Assembly: GCA_013816895.1 (NCBI GenBank)
Contig: JACDDR010000001.1
Coordinates: 17,117-81,116, forward strand
From: Bacteroidota bacterium
GTDB taxonomy: Bacteria > Bacteroidota > Bacteroidia > B-17B0 > Aurantibacillaceae
DNA: 64,000 nucleotides
Reading direction: 5' to 3'
In this document: positions 18,670 to 28,816 of the stretch, in pieces
How the letters are laid out: every line of letters starts with the position of its first letter
Numbering within the stretch: the stretch's first letter is position 1
Program-made: the position numbers and the translations under genes
The notes under the pieces: model-generated
Told to the model about the DNA's origin: nothing
Seen by the model: only the letters and a program-made list of their open reading frames with translations
Databases searched by the model: none

Positions 18670-19734
18670 TTAAGCGTCGTAATCTACAATTACTTTTTCA
18701 GTAAGAGGGTGCGATTGGCAGGTTAACACAAATCCTTGCGCAACCTCATCCTCCGTTAAAGCAAAATTAGCATCCATTTTTACTTCACCTTCCAGAATTT
18801 TTGCGCGACACGTGCAGCATACGGCCCCTTTGCAGCTAAAGGGTGCATCAACACCCGCTTCAATAGCGGCATCAAGGATACTCAGCCCATTCGTGGAAAG
18901 TTCTACCGTGGTTTCAATGCCATATTGTATAACTGTTATCTTACTATTCACAACAGCATTTTGATCAACGGCTTTTTTTTCCGTTGCCTCTATCACCGCA
19001 CTGAAATATTCAATATGTATTTTCTCTTTCTGAATTTTTAATTCTTCAAGACCAAGTTTTACGTTTTCCATCATCGGACCGGGACCGCAAATAAAATATT
19101 CATCGGCGTTCAATCCAGCGAATTTTTCTACCAGCGCTTTTGCTTTTTCCTTTGTAACCATCCCGGTTTGAAGTTCGGAGATCTGTTCTTTCGGCGCGTC
19201 AAACACATAAACCACATTCAGATTTTTATTGTTAGCGGCAAGTGTATCGATTTCTTTTTTAAAGATGGTACTGTCTTCATTCCTGTTGGCGTAGATCAGA
19301 GTGATGGTACTTTGTTTTTCTATATACAGCGTGCTTTTTAAAATACTCATCATCGGAGTTATACCGCTGCCTCCTGCAAATAGCACATAATTTTTTTTCA
19401 CACCGCCATTAAGAGAAGTATAAAAACCACCCATCGGTGTCATTACTTCCACCGTATCCCCCACCTTCAGCGATTTATTCACATAGGTAGAAACCTTCCC
19501 GCCCTGTATTTCTTTAATCGCCACACGTAATTCATTTTCGCTGTGAGGCGAGGTGCATAAACTGTAACTGCGTCGGACTTCTTCTCCGTCAATTTTAAAC
19601 TTCAGAGTAATATATTGGCCCTGCTTGTACTGGTAAGCGATCTGCAATGTTGGAGGAACGTCGAATGCAACTGAAACCGCGTCTGCCGTTTCTCTGCGTA
19701 TATCTTTAACCTTTAAGGAATTGAACTTTGACAT
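18670..19734 (-). CDS. paaE: Phenylacetyl-CoA 1,2-epoxidase reductase subunit (FAD/NAD-binding plus 2Fe-2S ferredoxin)
   Basis: GQYIT, RRSYSLC, GGSGITP, YFICGP, PFSCKGAVCCTC...LTCQ; divergent from paaA. Confidence 0.88.
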   Translation of the reverse strand: MSKFNSLKVKDIRRETADAVSVAFDVPPTLQIAYQYKQGQYITLKFKIDGEEVRRSYSLCTSPHSENELRVAIKEIQGGKVSTYVNKSLKVGDTVEVMTPMGGFYTSLNGGVKKNYVLFAGGSGITPMMSILKSTLYIEKQSTITLIYANRNEDSTIFKKEIDTLAANNKNLNVVYVFDAPKEQISELQTGMVTKEKAKALVEKFAGLNADEYFICGPGPMMENVKLGLEELKIQKEKIHIEYFSAVIEATEKKAVDQNAVVNSKITVIQYGIETTVELSTNGLSILDAAIEAGVDAPFSCKGAVCCTCRAKILEGEVKMDANFALTEDEVAQGFVLTCQSHPLTEKVIVDYDA

Positions 19735-19752
19735 TTTTTATAATTGGAGGTG

Positions 19753-19760
19753 CAAAAATA
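19753..19760 (-). promoter_or_regulatory. -7 promoter element (TATTTTTG) for paaE
   Basis: TAnnTTTG match on the minus strand, 18 nt upstream of the paaE ATG. Confidence 0.5.
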
Positions 19761-19847
19761 GCAATAATATCGAAAAACCACCTTTAAACGGCCTCCTAAT
19801 TATGGTTAAGACATGCCTCGGCATTTTGATTAAAGCCCTACAAACAC

Positions 19848-19855
19848 TATATTTG
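19848..19855 (+). promoter_or_regulatory. -7 promoter element (TATATTTG) for paaAB
   Basis: TAnnTTTG match 18 nt upstream of the paaA ATG. Confidence 0.55.
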
Positions 19856-19873
19856 TTAACGTAAAAGCGCCAG

Positions 19874-20815
19874 ATGGAAAATAAAAACTTTGAAGATATT
19901 TTTGAAGGCAAGCTCGCCAAAAACGAAATGGTAGAGCCCAAGGATTGGATGCCGGATAACTATCGTAAGCATCTTCTACGCCAGATCTCACAACACGCTC
20001 ACAGCGAAATTATCGGCATGTTGCCGGAAGGAAACTGGATAAGCCGCGCTCCGAGTCTTCGCGCCAAACTTGTGTTATTGGCCAAAGTGCAGGATGAGGG
20101 TGGTCACGGTCTTTATTTATATACAGCCGCTGAAAGCCTTGGTACCAGCCGAGATGAAATGCTTGATGCGCTTCATGCCAGCAAAGCAAAATATTCTTCA
20201 ATTTTTAATTACCCTACCCTAACCTGGGCAGATATTGGCGCAGTGGGTTGGTTAGTAGACGGTGCCGCTATTATGAACCAGGTAATGCTTCAGCGTACAT
20301 CGTATGGTCCTTACGCCCGCGCAATGGTGCGTATTTGCAAAGAGGAAAGTTTTCATCAGCGTCAGGGTTATGAAATTATGACGCATATGGCTTTTGGAAC
20401 TGCAGAACAAAAAGAAATGGCACAGGATGCGCTTAACCGCTGGTGGTATCCAACACTTATGATGTTCGGTCCGCCGGATGCTGAAAGTCCTAACAGCGAA
20501 AATGCTATCAAATGGCGTATAAAACGCGAAACCAACGATCAGTTGCGCCAGCGTTTTGTAAACCAAACTGTAGAACAGGTCGAATATCTTGGCCTAACCA
20601 TTCCAGACAAAACCTTAAAATGGAACGAAGCTAAAAAAGGATTTGATTTTTCACCTCCAGATTGGAGCGAATTTAAAAACGTGATTAAAGGGAATGGTCC
20701 TTGCAACAAGGAACGTCTTGAAGCACGTAACAAAGCCCATAAAAACGGTGAATGGGTACGGGAAGCTGCGGCGGCTTACGGTAAAAAACAAATGGAAGAA
20801 TATGCCGCGGCATAA
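19874..20815 (+). CDS. paaA: Phenylacetyl-CoA 1,2-epoxidase catalytic subunit A
   Basis: IEPKDWMP-like [57 protein letters not shown] diiron motifs. Confidence 0.97.
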   Translation: MENKNFEDIFEGKLAKNEMVEPKDWMPDNYRKHLLRQISQHAHSEIIGMLPEGNWISRAPSLRAKLVLLAKVQDEGGHGLYLYTAAESLGTSRDEMLDALHASKAKYSSIFNYPTLTWADIGAVGWLVDGAAIMNQVMLQRTSYGPYARAMVRICKEESFHQRQGYEIMTHMAFGTAEQKEMAQDALNRWWYPTLMMFGPPDAESPNSENAIKWRIKRETNDQLRQRFVNQTVEQVEYLGLTIPDKTLKWNEAKKGFDFSPPDWSEFKNVIKGNGPCNKERLEARNKAHKNGEWVREAAAAYGKKQMEEYAAA

Positions 20816-20895
20816 AATTTTTTGAATGAATTATTTTCAGATTTGTAGAATACCAACAATCAACAATTATAAAAATCTAAAATTCTATAAATAAA

Positions 20896-21183
20896 ATGAC
20901 AGATTCTCAAGGCCCTTTATGGGAAGTATTTGTACAAAAAAAAGCAGGACAACCTTTTGTTCATTGCGGTAATCTTCACGCTTTTGACAAGGAGATGGCC
21001 TTGCAAAACGCGCGAGATCTTTATACCCGCAGAGGCGAAGGCATGGCCTTATGGGTAGTACCAACTGCTGCCATTGTGGCCAGTAGTCCTGAAGACCAAG
21101 GGTCCTTTTTTGAACCAAGCAATGATAAAGTATTCAGGCATCCTACATTTTATCCCATGCCGGATGTTATAAAACACATGTAA
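20896..21183 (+). CDS. paaB: Phenylacetyl-CoA 1,2-epoxidase subunit B
   Basis: LWEVFV, HCGNLHAFDKEMALQNARDLYTRRGEG..LWVV, YRHP-like FRHPTFY. Confidence 0.95.
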   Translation: MTDSQGPLWEVFVQKKAGQPFVHCGNLHAFDKEMALQNARDLYTRRGEGMALWVVPTAAIVASSPEDQGSFFEPSNDKVFRHPTFYPMPDVIKHM

Positions 21184-21184
21184 C

Positions 21185-21216
21185 AAAAAAAGCCTCAGAT
21201 TCTTCTGAGGCTTTTT
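21185..21216. terminator. Bidirectional intrinsic terminator between paaB and the convergent T9SS gene
   Basis: AAAAAAAGCCTCAGA-TTCT-TCTGAGGCTTTTT perfect hairpin with A/T runs on both sides. Confidence 0.85.
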
Positions 21217-21234
21217 CTTTTGTATTTAATTTCT

Positions 21235-24200
21235 TTATTTAAGCAGTGTTATGTGCCCCACATACAATCTGGATTTTCCCTGCAGATCGAATGCGACAAT
21301 CTTGTAGGCGTAGACATCGGCAGGACAGATCTTCCCTTTAAAACTTCCGTCCCAGCCTATCGAAAATTCCTTTGTGGAAAATAATTCTTCACCCCAACGG
21401 TCAAAAATTCTCATTGTGTATTTAACAAGCCCGTGTCCTTTTGGTGAAAACACATCATTGAGCCCGTCATCATTAGGGGTGAAAGCATTTGGAATGTATA
21501 AATTGAAGTCTTCGAAAATCTGAATGGGCTTTGTAACAGTATCTTTGCAGCCCCACTTGTTAGTCACAATAAGGGTAACGGCGTATCCTCCGGGCTGCTG
21601 AAATACATAAAATGGATTCTGCTGTGCTGAGGTATACCCGCCGTTATTAACGAAAAACCAGCTCCATTGATTTATTGAAGCTCCCAGAGATGCATCACTG
21701 AAACTTACCTCTTCTTCTTCGACAGGTTTACCAGGACCATAACTAAAATCCGCAAAAGGAACAGGGTATGCATTTACAACCAATGTGCTGGTGTTTTTAC
21801 ATCCATATATATCTGTGTAGTTAGACGTGATTAAATATTTTCCATCATTCCTGAAACAATCAGAATAAGTTAATCCCGATGAATTGCCGAGGCCGTTATT
21901 AGTCCAGATAGCGCTTGCAAGAGTTGTATTATTACTTAGTGAGAATGAGGAACAGAAAGGAATACAGCCATCTTTTTTCGTTGCGGTTATATTGGCCTGT
22001 GGCAGATCCCGAACTAATAAATAAGTAGTAGCATATCCCTGGCAGCCTTTACTATCGGTAATTCCTACAGTGTATGTGCCTGTGAACGCGAGCGAGTTGG
22101 CAGAGCTTAAGCCTGTGTTTTGGGTAGGCGCGACAAAACCGTTCGGACCGGTCCAGCTGTATATTAATCCTCCGGAGGACGAAAAAGTTACGGGGGCTCC
22201 TAAACAAACAGGTCCGCTGTTCCAGGCCGTTGTATTTGGTAAAGCGAAAGCCGCCACATTTGTAGCGCCATTCAGGGAACATCCGTTTGTGCCCGTGATC
22301 ACTACATTATAAACACCAGCCACGCTGGTATTAGGAACCGCCATTGTAGGACTTTGCAGTGCTGAGGTAAATCCGTTCGGGCCTGTCCAGCTGTATGACC
22401 CCCCACCGGTTGCGCTTACCGAAGCCGTTCCGCCTATACACACGGTAGAGCCAATTATTGAAATAACAGGCAATGGCAGTATTACAACATTGGCGGTGGC
22501 AGTGCGCGAACAGTTATATACGTTGGTAACGGTTAATGTATAAACTCCTCCCGAACTTACCGGTACATTTGGTACAGAAATATTTTGAAGGTTGCTTGAA
22601 AAAGCACTTGGCCCTGACCAGGCATACGTACCGCCACCAGAGCCCTGGAGGGTTAAGGTTGAAGCTTCGCAAACAGGACTGTTGCTTATTATATTTGGTG
22701 TAGGTAAGGGATTAACGGTAACAGAAGTAGTATTTATTGCCGTACAGGTTCCTATTGAAACTTTAACAGTGTATGTACCGGAGGCCAGCGGTGTGCTGTT
22801 TGGTATTGTTGGATTTTGAAGAGAAGATGTAAATCCGTTGGGCCCGGTCCACGTATAGGACGATGCCGCGGTAGCGTTTAGCTGCACGGTTCCTTCGCAA
22901 TAAGGCCCGGTGTTGGAAGCATTAAGGGTGGGAGTAACAACAGTAACGCTGATGTTGGTTGTTGTGGAACAGGCATTGGCCGTAACGGTTAAGTTATAGA
23001 CGCCAGCAGCCGCAGTAGTTACGCCAACAACGGTAGGATTTTGAGCGGCAGAAGTAAAAGCATTTGGTCCGGCCCAGTTATAGGTGCCTCCACCCGATCC
23101 CGTAAGATTCAAATTAAATCCAAGGCACACGGGCGAATTGCTGCCAATGTTTACAACAGGGTATTGATATACCGTTACCGTTGATACAGCAGTAGCTGTG
23201 CAGCCGTTAGCTGCAGTTCCTGTAACCGTAAATGCCGAGGTAAGCGCTGGAGAAGTAGTTGCAGTATTTATTCCGGTGGTATTGACTCCCGACGGCCATG
23301 CGTAACTTGCTCCCCCATTTGCTGAAAGCGTTGCTATGTTACCGGCGCAGATGGATGTAGAGTTAACAGTAATTACCGGATTTGGTTTCACTAAAACGGT
23401 TGTAGTTGCTATTGCAGTACAAGTACCAAGGGTTGCTTTCAGCGTGTAAGTGCCTGAAGCAAGCGTCGTACTGGTTACTATAGTAGGGTTTTGCAGCGAT
23501 GAAGCGAAAGCGTTCGGACCGGTCCAGGTATACGATACGGCTGAAGAACCGTTTAGCACCACGGTTTGCCCCGCACAATACGGCCCTGTATTTGAAGCGC
23601 TTAATGTTGGTGTAACAATTGATACCGAAATGTTGGTGGAAGAAGAGCATCCGCTGGTGGTAACCGTTAGATTATATACACCGGCGTTTAAGGTCGATGT
23701 TCCAACAATAGTTGGATTCTGAACGCCTGAAGTAAAAGCGTTTGGTCCGTTCCATTGATATATACCGCCGCCTGTACTTGTAAGATTAAGATTAAACCCG
23801 GCGCATACCGGTGAGTTACTTCCAATATTTATAATCGGATTTGGGATAACGGTAACATTGGAAACCGCTGAAGAAGTACAGCCGGCAGACATTCCGGTTA
23901 CCGTGAAAGCTGTTGTAGATGCCGGCGCTGCAGATGCAGTGTTAACTCCGGTTGAGTTTGCCCCTGCCGACCACGTATAACTTGCGGCACCATTAGCAGT
24001 AAGATTAACACTTTGCCCCGCGCACATCGATGCTGAATTTACGGTTACCGTTGGGCTTGGATTAACTGTAACCTGCACCTGGTTTGTTGTCAGGGTCGAG
24101 CCACAACCTGCAACGGTTGCCTGATAATAAATTGTTCCCGCGCTTAAGGGTCCGGCAACATACGTTCCGGAAGTTGCACCGACAATATTTGCGAATGGTC

Positions 24201-25062
24201 CCCCCGCACTGGCAGAGGATTGCCACTGAAGGTTGCCTGTATAACTCGTTGAACTTAATGTTGTGCTTTTGCCCGCACAAAGGGTACTGGGATTAGCTGA
24301 AATAATTCCCGGATTTGGAGGCACTGTAGTAACTGCAACGTTTATTGTATTACTGGCCGTCCAACATCCCCACTGGCCGCCGGTTGCCCAGCACGTATAG
24401 GTTGTGCTTACCGCGGGCGAAGCAATAGGATTTGAACAAGTAATGCAGCTCAAGCTTGCTCCCGGAGCCCAGGAATAAGTAATGCCGCTTCCGCCACAGC
24501 CATTCACAAGATTGGCGGTTAACTGTGATGTTTGAGGAGGACAAATTGAATTTGGAGAAGCTGTAAGGTTGAGCGTTGGTTGAATAAATGTTCCCGGTGT
24601 GGTAAAGGTAAAATTGCTTGTCCAGGCGCTGCTGGTGGTACTGGCATTGTTTTTTTCTTTAGCTCTGTATTTGTACACTGTTCCCGGACAAAGAGGAGTA
24701 ATGTTAATAGACATTGTAGGATAAGCATAAGGCGTTCCAGCTCCTGTCATAACTGAAGAAGTAAATGAATACGCGGCAAGGCCTGAAAAAGCAGCGCTGT
24801 TACAGGCAATTTCAACCACAATTACATCCGGACAAAAATACGGTGTGGTAGACTGCCACTTGATAATTAGCTGCGTTGCTGTGATGGTAGGCGAACCAAC
24901 TATAGTAGGAACGTTTAAGGGCGAGCAGGCTGTTGAATTATATTGAAATCCGCAGACAAAAATTAATAAGAGTGCCGCTGCTTTTATTTTCTTTGGAATG
25001 CCTGAGCGCTTTCCGGAAAATAGTGTTGTTGTTAAATACATTAGAGATGATAGTTTAATCAA
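21235..25062 (-). CDS. Large T9SS type B (gliding-motility-associated CTD) surface protein: FN3-like, about 11 Cys-containing Ig-like repeats, PKD
   Basis: Repeats NSPVC.G..L.L...GG..Y.W.GPN.F.S..QNP.I...A.G.Y.L.V; PKD PFADFSY...FSDAS...WSWFF; CTD LYIPNAFTPNDDGLNDVF...IFDRWGE...GWDG...GHITLLK. The start could be TTG 25062 or ATG 25041. Confidence 0.9.
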   Translation of the reverse strand: MIKLSSLMYLTTTLFSGKRSGIPKKIKAAALLLIFVCGFQYNSTACSPLNVPTIVGSPTITATQLIIKWQSTTPYFCPDVIVVEIACNSAAFSGLAAYSFTSSVMTGAGTPYAYPTMSINITPLCPGTVYKYRAKEKNNASTTSSAWTSNFTFTTPGTFIQPTLNLTASPNSICPPQTSQLTANLVNGCGGSGITYSWAPGASLSCITCSNPIASPAVSTTYTCWATGGQWGCWTASNTINVAVTTVPPNPGIISANPSTLCAGKSTTLSSTSYTGNLQWQSSASAGGPFANIVGATSGTYVAGPLSAGTIYYQATVAGCGSTLTTNQVQVTVNPSPTVTVNSASMCAGQSVNLTANGAASYTWSAGANSTGVNTASAAPASTTAFTVTGMSAGCTSSAVSNVTVIPNPIINIGSNSPVCAGFNLNLTSTGGGIYQWNGPNAFTSGVQNPTIVGTSTLNAGVYNLTVTTSGCSSSTNISVSIVTPTLSASNTGPYCAGQTVVLNGSSAVSYTWTGPNAFASSLQNPTIVTSTTLASGTYTLKATLGTCTAIATTTVLVKPNPVITVNSTSICAGNIATLSANGGASYAWPSGVNTTGINTATTSPALTSAFTVTGTAANGCTATAVSTVTVYQYPVVNIGSNSPVCLGFNLNLTGSGGGTYNWAGPNAFTSAAQNPTVVGVTTAAAGVYNLTVTANACSTTTNISVTVVTPTLNASNTGPYCEGTVQLNATAASSYTWTGPNGFTSSLQNPTIPNSTPLASGTYTVKVSIGTCTAINTTSVTVNPLPTPNIISNSPVCEASTLTLQGSGGGTYAWSGPSAFSSNLQNISVPNVPVSSGGVYTLTVTNVYNCSRTATANVVILPLPVISIIGSTVCIGGTASVSATGGGSYSWTGPNGFTSALQSPTMAVPNTSVAGVYNVVITGTNGCSLNGATNVAAFALPNTTAWNSGPVCLGAPVTFSSSGGLIYSWTGPNGFVAPTQNTGLSSANSLAFTGTYTVGITDSKGCQGYATTYLLVRDLPQANITATKKDGCIPFCSSFSLSNNTTLASAIWTNNGLGNSSGLTYSDCFRNDGKYLITSNYTDIYGCKNTSTLVVNAYPVPFADFSYGPGKPVEEEEVSFSDASLGASINQWSWFFVNNGGYTSAQQNPFYVFQQPGGYAVTLIVTNKWGCKDTVTKPIQIFEDFNLYIPNAFTPNDDGLNDVFSPKGHGLVKYTMRIFDRWGEELFSTKEFSIGWDGSFKGKICPADVYAYKIVAFDLQGKSRLYVGHITLLK

Positions 25063-25227
25063 ATCTACTACGTTTTAGACGAACGCTTAAATTTCCCGTT
25101 CATTAATAAAGGATGTTCACTCATTTTCACGGACTTTTCACCCAATTTGGCTCAAAACACGGGTATCAGAGCGTCGTGTTACCCTCATTTTAAGTATATT
25201 TGATTAGGAAACAAATTTATCTTTTTA

Positions 25228-27843
25228 GTGAAAATATTTACTCTTTTCTTACCCCTGTTTTTTCATCTTCATTTGTTGGCGTTTGAACAACCCAACAAAA
25301 GGAGCGCGGCATTTGCTGAAAACAATGGTCAGGTGCTTAACCAGGATTTCCGACCCAACGCTGACGTGCTTTTTCTGTATGCCGGAAAAAGTATGAATAT
25401 CCAGTTGCGAAAAACGGGTTATTCTTATGAACTCTTCCGGGCGGAAAATTTGCCGCCTGCCATTCATGGAAAAAAATGCCAGGATATGTCTGAATTATTA
25501 AAGACAAGAGTAAGTGCCAGTCGCGTGGATATTGATTTTATCGGGATGAGTAAAAACTTCAAGGTAATTACGGAAGATGTAAATCCTGAGGTTTTGAATT
25601 ATTTTGTCGGAGAGAAAGAAGTCGTTAACATTCACTCCTATAAAAAGATCATTTACCAGAACATCTATCCTTTTACAGATATTGAATTCATCATAAACAA
25701 TAATAGCGGTTCCCCCTTAAAATATAATATCATACTTCATCCCGGCGCCGATCTCAATGCCATTAAATTTCACTGCAAAGGCGCGCAAAACATATCTGTT
25801 ACGAAAGCAGGTAGTCTTATTTTAGGCACGACGCTGGGAGATATCGCTGAAACCATTCCCTTCAGTTACTACAAAGATTCGCCAACAGAAGATCAAAAAG
25901 TAAATTTCTCGCTTCGTGCCAGCGATATAAGCTTTTCTGCCAGTTACGATCATTCTAAAACACTGATAATAGATCCATCCTCCAATATTATCTGGGGAAC
26001 TTATTTTGGAGATAACTCGCTCGACAGATGCACCAGTACCGGAACAGACGCCCTTAACAACGTTTACCTGGCGGGATTTTGCTTAAGCACATCAAATATT
26101 GCCACTTCAGGAACTTACCAGTTTACACTAAGCGGAAGTTTCGATGCATACCTCGCTAAATTTAATTCGAATGGCAACATGATCTGGGGAACCTATTTTG
26201 GCGGACCTAATGTTGAAACGCTGTACGCCATTTTTGTGGAAGCAAATGGCACTATATACATGTGCGGTGATTCCTCGAGTCCTAACGGCATTGCCAGTAC
26301 AGGCGCTCACCAGACGGTTTATGGTGGTGGTATAGACGATGCGGTACTCGCCAAATTCAACACTAACGGTTTGCGGATTTGGTCTACTTACTATGGCGGT
26401 AACCAGCACGATATTGCTTATGCTATTACCGTGGACGGTAACGGTGATCCGGTAATTTCCGGACACACAGAAAGTTCCAATACCGCCAATTGCATCGCTA
26501 CTCCAGGCGCTTATGGCACTTCATTCAACCTGGCTTCGGATGTTTTTATTGCCAAATTCACCAGTGCCGGCGTAAGGCAGTGGGGCACTTATTATGGTGA
26601 TAGTGGCTTTGAAGAAACCTGGGACGTTGATTGTGACGCGAGTAACAATATAATAATCACCGGTTTTTCATCCAGTCTTTCCGGCTTAAGCACCACGCCA
26701 AGCCACCAGGCCTTTAGTGCCGGCGGGCAGGACGCATTCATCGCAAAATTTAATTCAACCGGCAGCACTTTATTGTGGGGAACCTTTTTTGGCGGAGCAG
26801 GAGATGAGCAGGGCGCTGCTGTTGAAATTGATGCGAACGGTACGATATTTATCGGAGGAAATACCACCAGTTCCACTGGTATTGCTACGCCTAACACGCA
26901 TCAGGTTGCTATAGCCAGTTCCGATGATGCTTTTTTAACCGCATTTACTTCCTCAGGCACGCAGTTATGGGGCACCTATTTTGGCGGTGAAGAAACAGAT
27001 TATATCAGCGATCTTTTAATTGACAACAATCTCAATGTTTTATTTTGTGGCGAAACGGTAAGCACAATGTCCATCAGCACTCCTAATGCATATCAACCCG
27101 CCATCGCTATGGTAAACACCTACGATGCCTATTTCACGCGCTTCACAAATTCAGGCGTCTTGCAACTTTCAAGCTATTATGGCGGAGGATCTGATGATAA
27201 TGCTAAAAGCATGGCCATGGATAATACCGGAAAAATTTATCTTGCTGGTGAATCCACCAGTACCACGGGCATCAGCACTCCCGGAAGTTACATGCCGAAC
27301 TACGGAGGACAAGGCGATGGATTCCTTGCCAAATTTTGTGTGGCTTCAATGCCGGTTCTCAGTCCGGCCGGAACGCCCACCATTTGCATGAATGCGGGCT
27401 ATACACTTACTGCTCCGGCTGGTTTCGCATTTTATTTCTGGAGTAACGGAACATTTTCTAATCCTCTGGTGCTTACCAACACATTTACGCCCGGTAATTA
27501 CTATTACGCTGTTACCGTTACCGATGCATATGGCTGCAATGGCACTTCCGATACCACAAAAATTGTAGTCGACAATTGTGTCACCTCAAGTATTGCGAAC
27601 CTGTCTGACGAAGAAGCCATCGAAATATTTCCGGTTCCAGCTACAGATAAACTAGTCATACATTCAACACCTGTTTTATTTACAGAAGCTGAAGTATACG
27701 ACCTCTTAGGGCAAAAAATACTCTCGGCCCTTTTAGTGAATGGAAGCGGCTCTATTAATACTTCCCGCCTTGTTTCGGGCGTTTATGTTTTAAAACTCTT
27801 CAGTGAAAATAAATATGCTTTGAAGAAATTTATAAAAGAATAA
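25228..27843 (+). CDS. T9SS type A-sorted SBBP beta-propeller repeat protein
   Basis: Signal peptide; N-terminal FAENNGQ...YQNIYPFTDIEF...ILHPGAD domain; about 63-aa repeats WGTY(F/Y)GG...D......D..GN.Y..G...S....AT.G..Q....G..DAF..KF; CTD IFPVPA...YDLLGQ...GVYVLKL...KKFIKE. Confidence 0.9.
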   Translation: MKIFTLFLPLFFHLHLLAFEQPNKRSAAFAENNGQVLNQDFRPNADVLFLYAGKSMNIQLRKTGYSYELFRAENLPPAIHGKKCQDMSELLKTRVSASRVDIDFIGMSKNFKVITEDVNPEVLNYFVGEKEVVNIHSYKKIIYQNIYPFTDIEFIINNNSGSPLKYNIILHPGADLNAIKFHCKGAQNISVTKAGSLILGTTLGDIAETIPFSYYKDSPTEDQKVNFSLRASDISFSASYDHSKTLIIDPSSNIIWGTYFGDNSLDRCTSTGTDALNNVYLAGFCLSTSNIATSGTYQFTLSGSFDAYLAKFNSNGNMIWGTYFGGPNVETLYAIFVEANGTIYMCGDSSSPNGIASTGAHQTVYGGGIDDAVLAKFNTNGLRIWSTYYGGNQHDIAYAITVDGNGDPVISGHTESSNTANCIATPGAYGTSFNLASDVFIAKFTSAGVRQWGTYYGDSGFEETWDVDCDASNNIIITGFSSSLSGLSTTPSHQAFSAGGQDAFIAKFNSTGSTLLWGTFFGGAGDEQGAAVEIDANGTIFIGGNTTSSTGIATPNTHQVAIASSDDAFLTAFTSSGTQLWGTYFGGEETDYISDLLIDNNLNVLFCGETVSTMSISTPNAYQPAIAMVNTYDAYFTRFTNSGVLQLSSYYGGGSDDNAKSMAMDNTGKIYLAGESTSTTGISTPGSYMPNYGGQGDGFLAKFCVASMPVLSPAGTPTICMNAGYTLTAPAGFAFYFWSNGTFSNPLVLTNTFTPGNYYYAVTVTDAYGCNGTSDTTKIVVDNCVTSSIANLSDEEAIEIFPVPATDKLVIHSTPVLFTEAEVYDLLGQKILSALLVNGSGSINTSRLVSGVYVLKLFSENKYALKKFIKE

Positions 27844-27907
27844 CCAGGTTTTTCAATTCACTGTCTTCAAAAAAATATTAACTTAGCCGCGCCTCAACAG
27901 ACCTATT

Positions 27908-28666
27908 ATGACAACACAGGAAGCATTATTTAATTACACATTACGTTTAGGTGATTGCAGCATTATATTGGCACAGCGTCTTTGTGAATGGACGAGTAAA
28001 GGTCCTTTTCTTGAAGAAGATCTTGCACTTACTAATATTGCGCTTGATATTTTTGGGCGCGGGAAAAGCCTTTTAGAATATGCCGGCCGTGTTGAAGGTA
28101 AAGGAAGAAACGAGGATCATCTTGCTTTTTTCAGAACCGACAGGCAATTCAAAAACTACCTGATCTGCGAACAGGAAAATGGCGATTACGCGAAAACAAT
28201 GGTAAGGCAATGCATGATAGATGCCTTTGATTTATTGTTGTATACCGAATTAAGTAAATCAAAAGATGAAACGCTTGCTGGCATCTCGGCAAAATCTGTT
28301 AAAGAAATTACTTATCACAAACGTCACAGCTTCAGCTGGGTTAACCGGTTTGGAAATGGCACAGAAGAAAGCAAAACCCGCGCGCAGACAGCCTTGAACG
28401 AATTATGGCGCTTCACTGGTGAACTTTTTGAAGTGGAAGAGCCTGATGAAATTTTAATAAAAGAAGGGGTCGCGGTTGATGTAAAAAGTTTCTATTCTAA
28501 ATGGGAAAATGAAGTTAAAAATCTTTTTGAAAAAGCAAACCTTACTATCCCTGAAATTGTTTTTATGCAAACGGGCGGCCGCAAAGGTTTACACACAGAG
28601 CATCTTGCTTACCTCTTAGCTGAAATGCAGGCCTTGCCACGCATGTACCCAGATGCAAAATGGTAA
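27908..28666 (+). CDS. paaC: Phenylacetyl-CoA 1,2-epoxidase subunit C
   Basis: LRLGDCSIILAQRLCEW...PFLEEDLALTNIALD, LAFFR, EQENGDYAKT, KEITYH, GGRKGLHTEHL..LLAEMQ, YPDAKW. Confidence 0.96.
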   Translation: MTTQEALFNYTLRLGDCSIILAQRLCEWTSKGPFLEEDLALTNIALDIFGRGKSLLEYAGRVEGKGRNEDHLAFFRTDRQFKNYLICEQENGDYAKTMVRQCMIDAFDLLLYTELSKSKDETLAGISAKSVKEITYHKRHSFSWVNRFGNGTEESKTRAQTALNELWRFTGELFEVEEPDEILIKEGVAVDVKSFYSKWENEVKNLFEKANLTIPEIVFMQTGGRKGLHTEHLAYLLAEMQALPRMYPDAKW

Positions 28667-28699
28667 TTAGATTGCTTCTTTCTTTAAATAGTTTTTACA

Positions 28700-28807
28700 A
28701 TGTCATTTAAAGAAAACTGGGGAAAGTTATCTCCCTATTTTATTGACCTCTGGCAATACCTGGTAATCATTGTCATTATGATTATTGCTGCAATTTTTAT
28801 ACTTTAG
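28700..28807 (+). CDS. Small single-TM membrane peptide, 35 aa (MSFKENWGKLSPYFIDLWQYLVIIVIMIIAAIFIL), not in the ORF track
   Basis: ATG start, TAG stop; fills the paaC to TPR-SpoIIE gap almost exactly; clean amphipathic N-terminus followed by a TM helix; A-rich initiation context. Confidence 0.65.
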   Translation: MSFKENWGKLSPYFIDLWQYLVIIVIMIIAAIFIL

Positions 28808-28816
28808 GGTATAATC

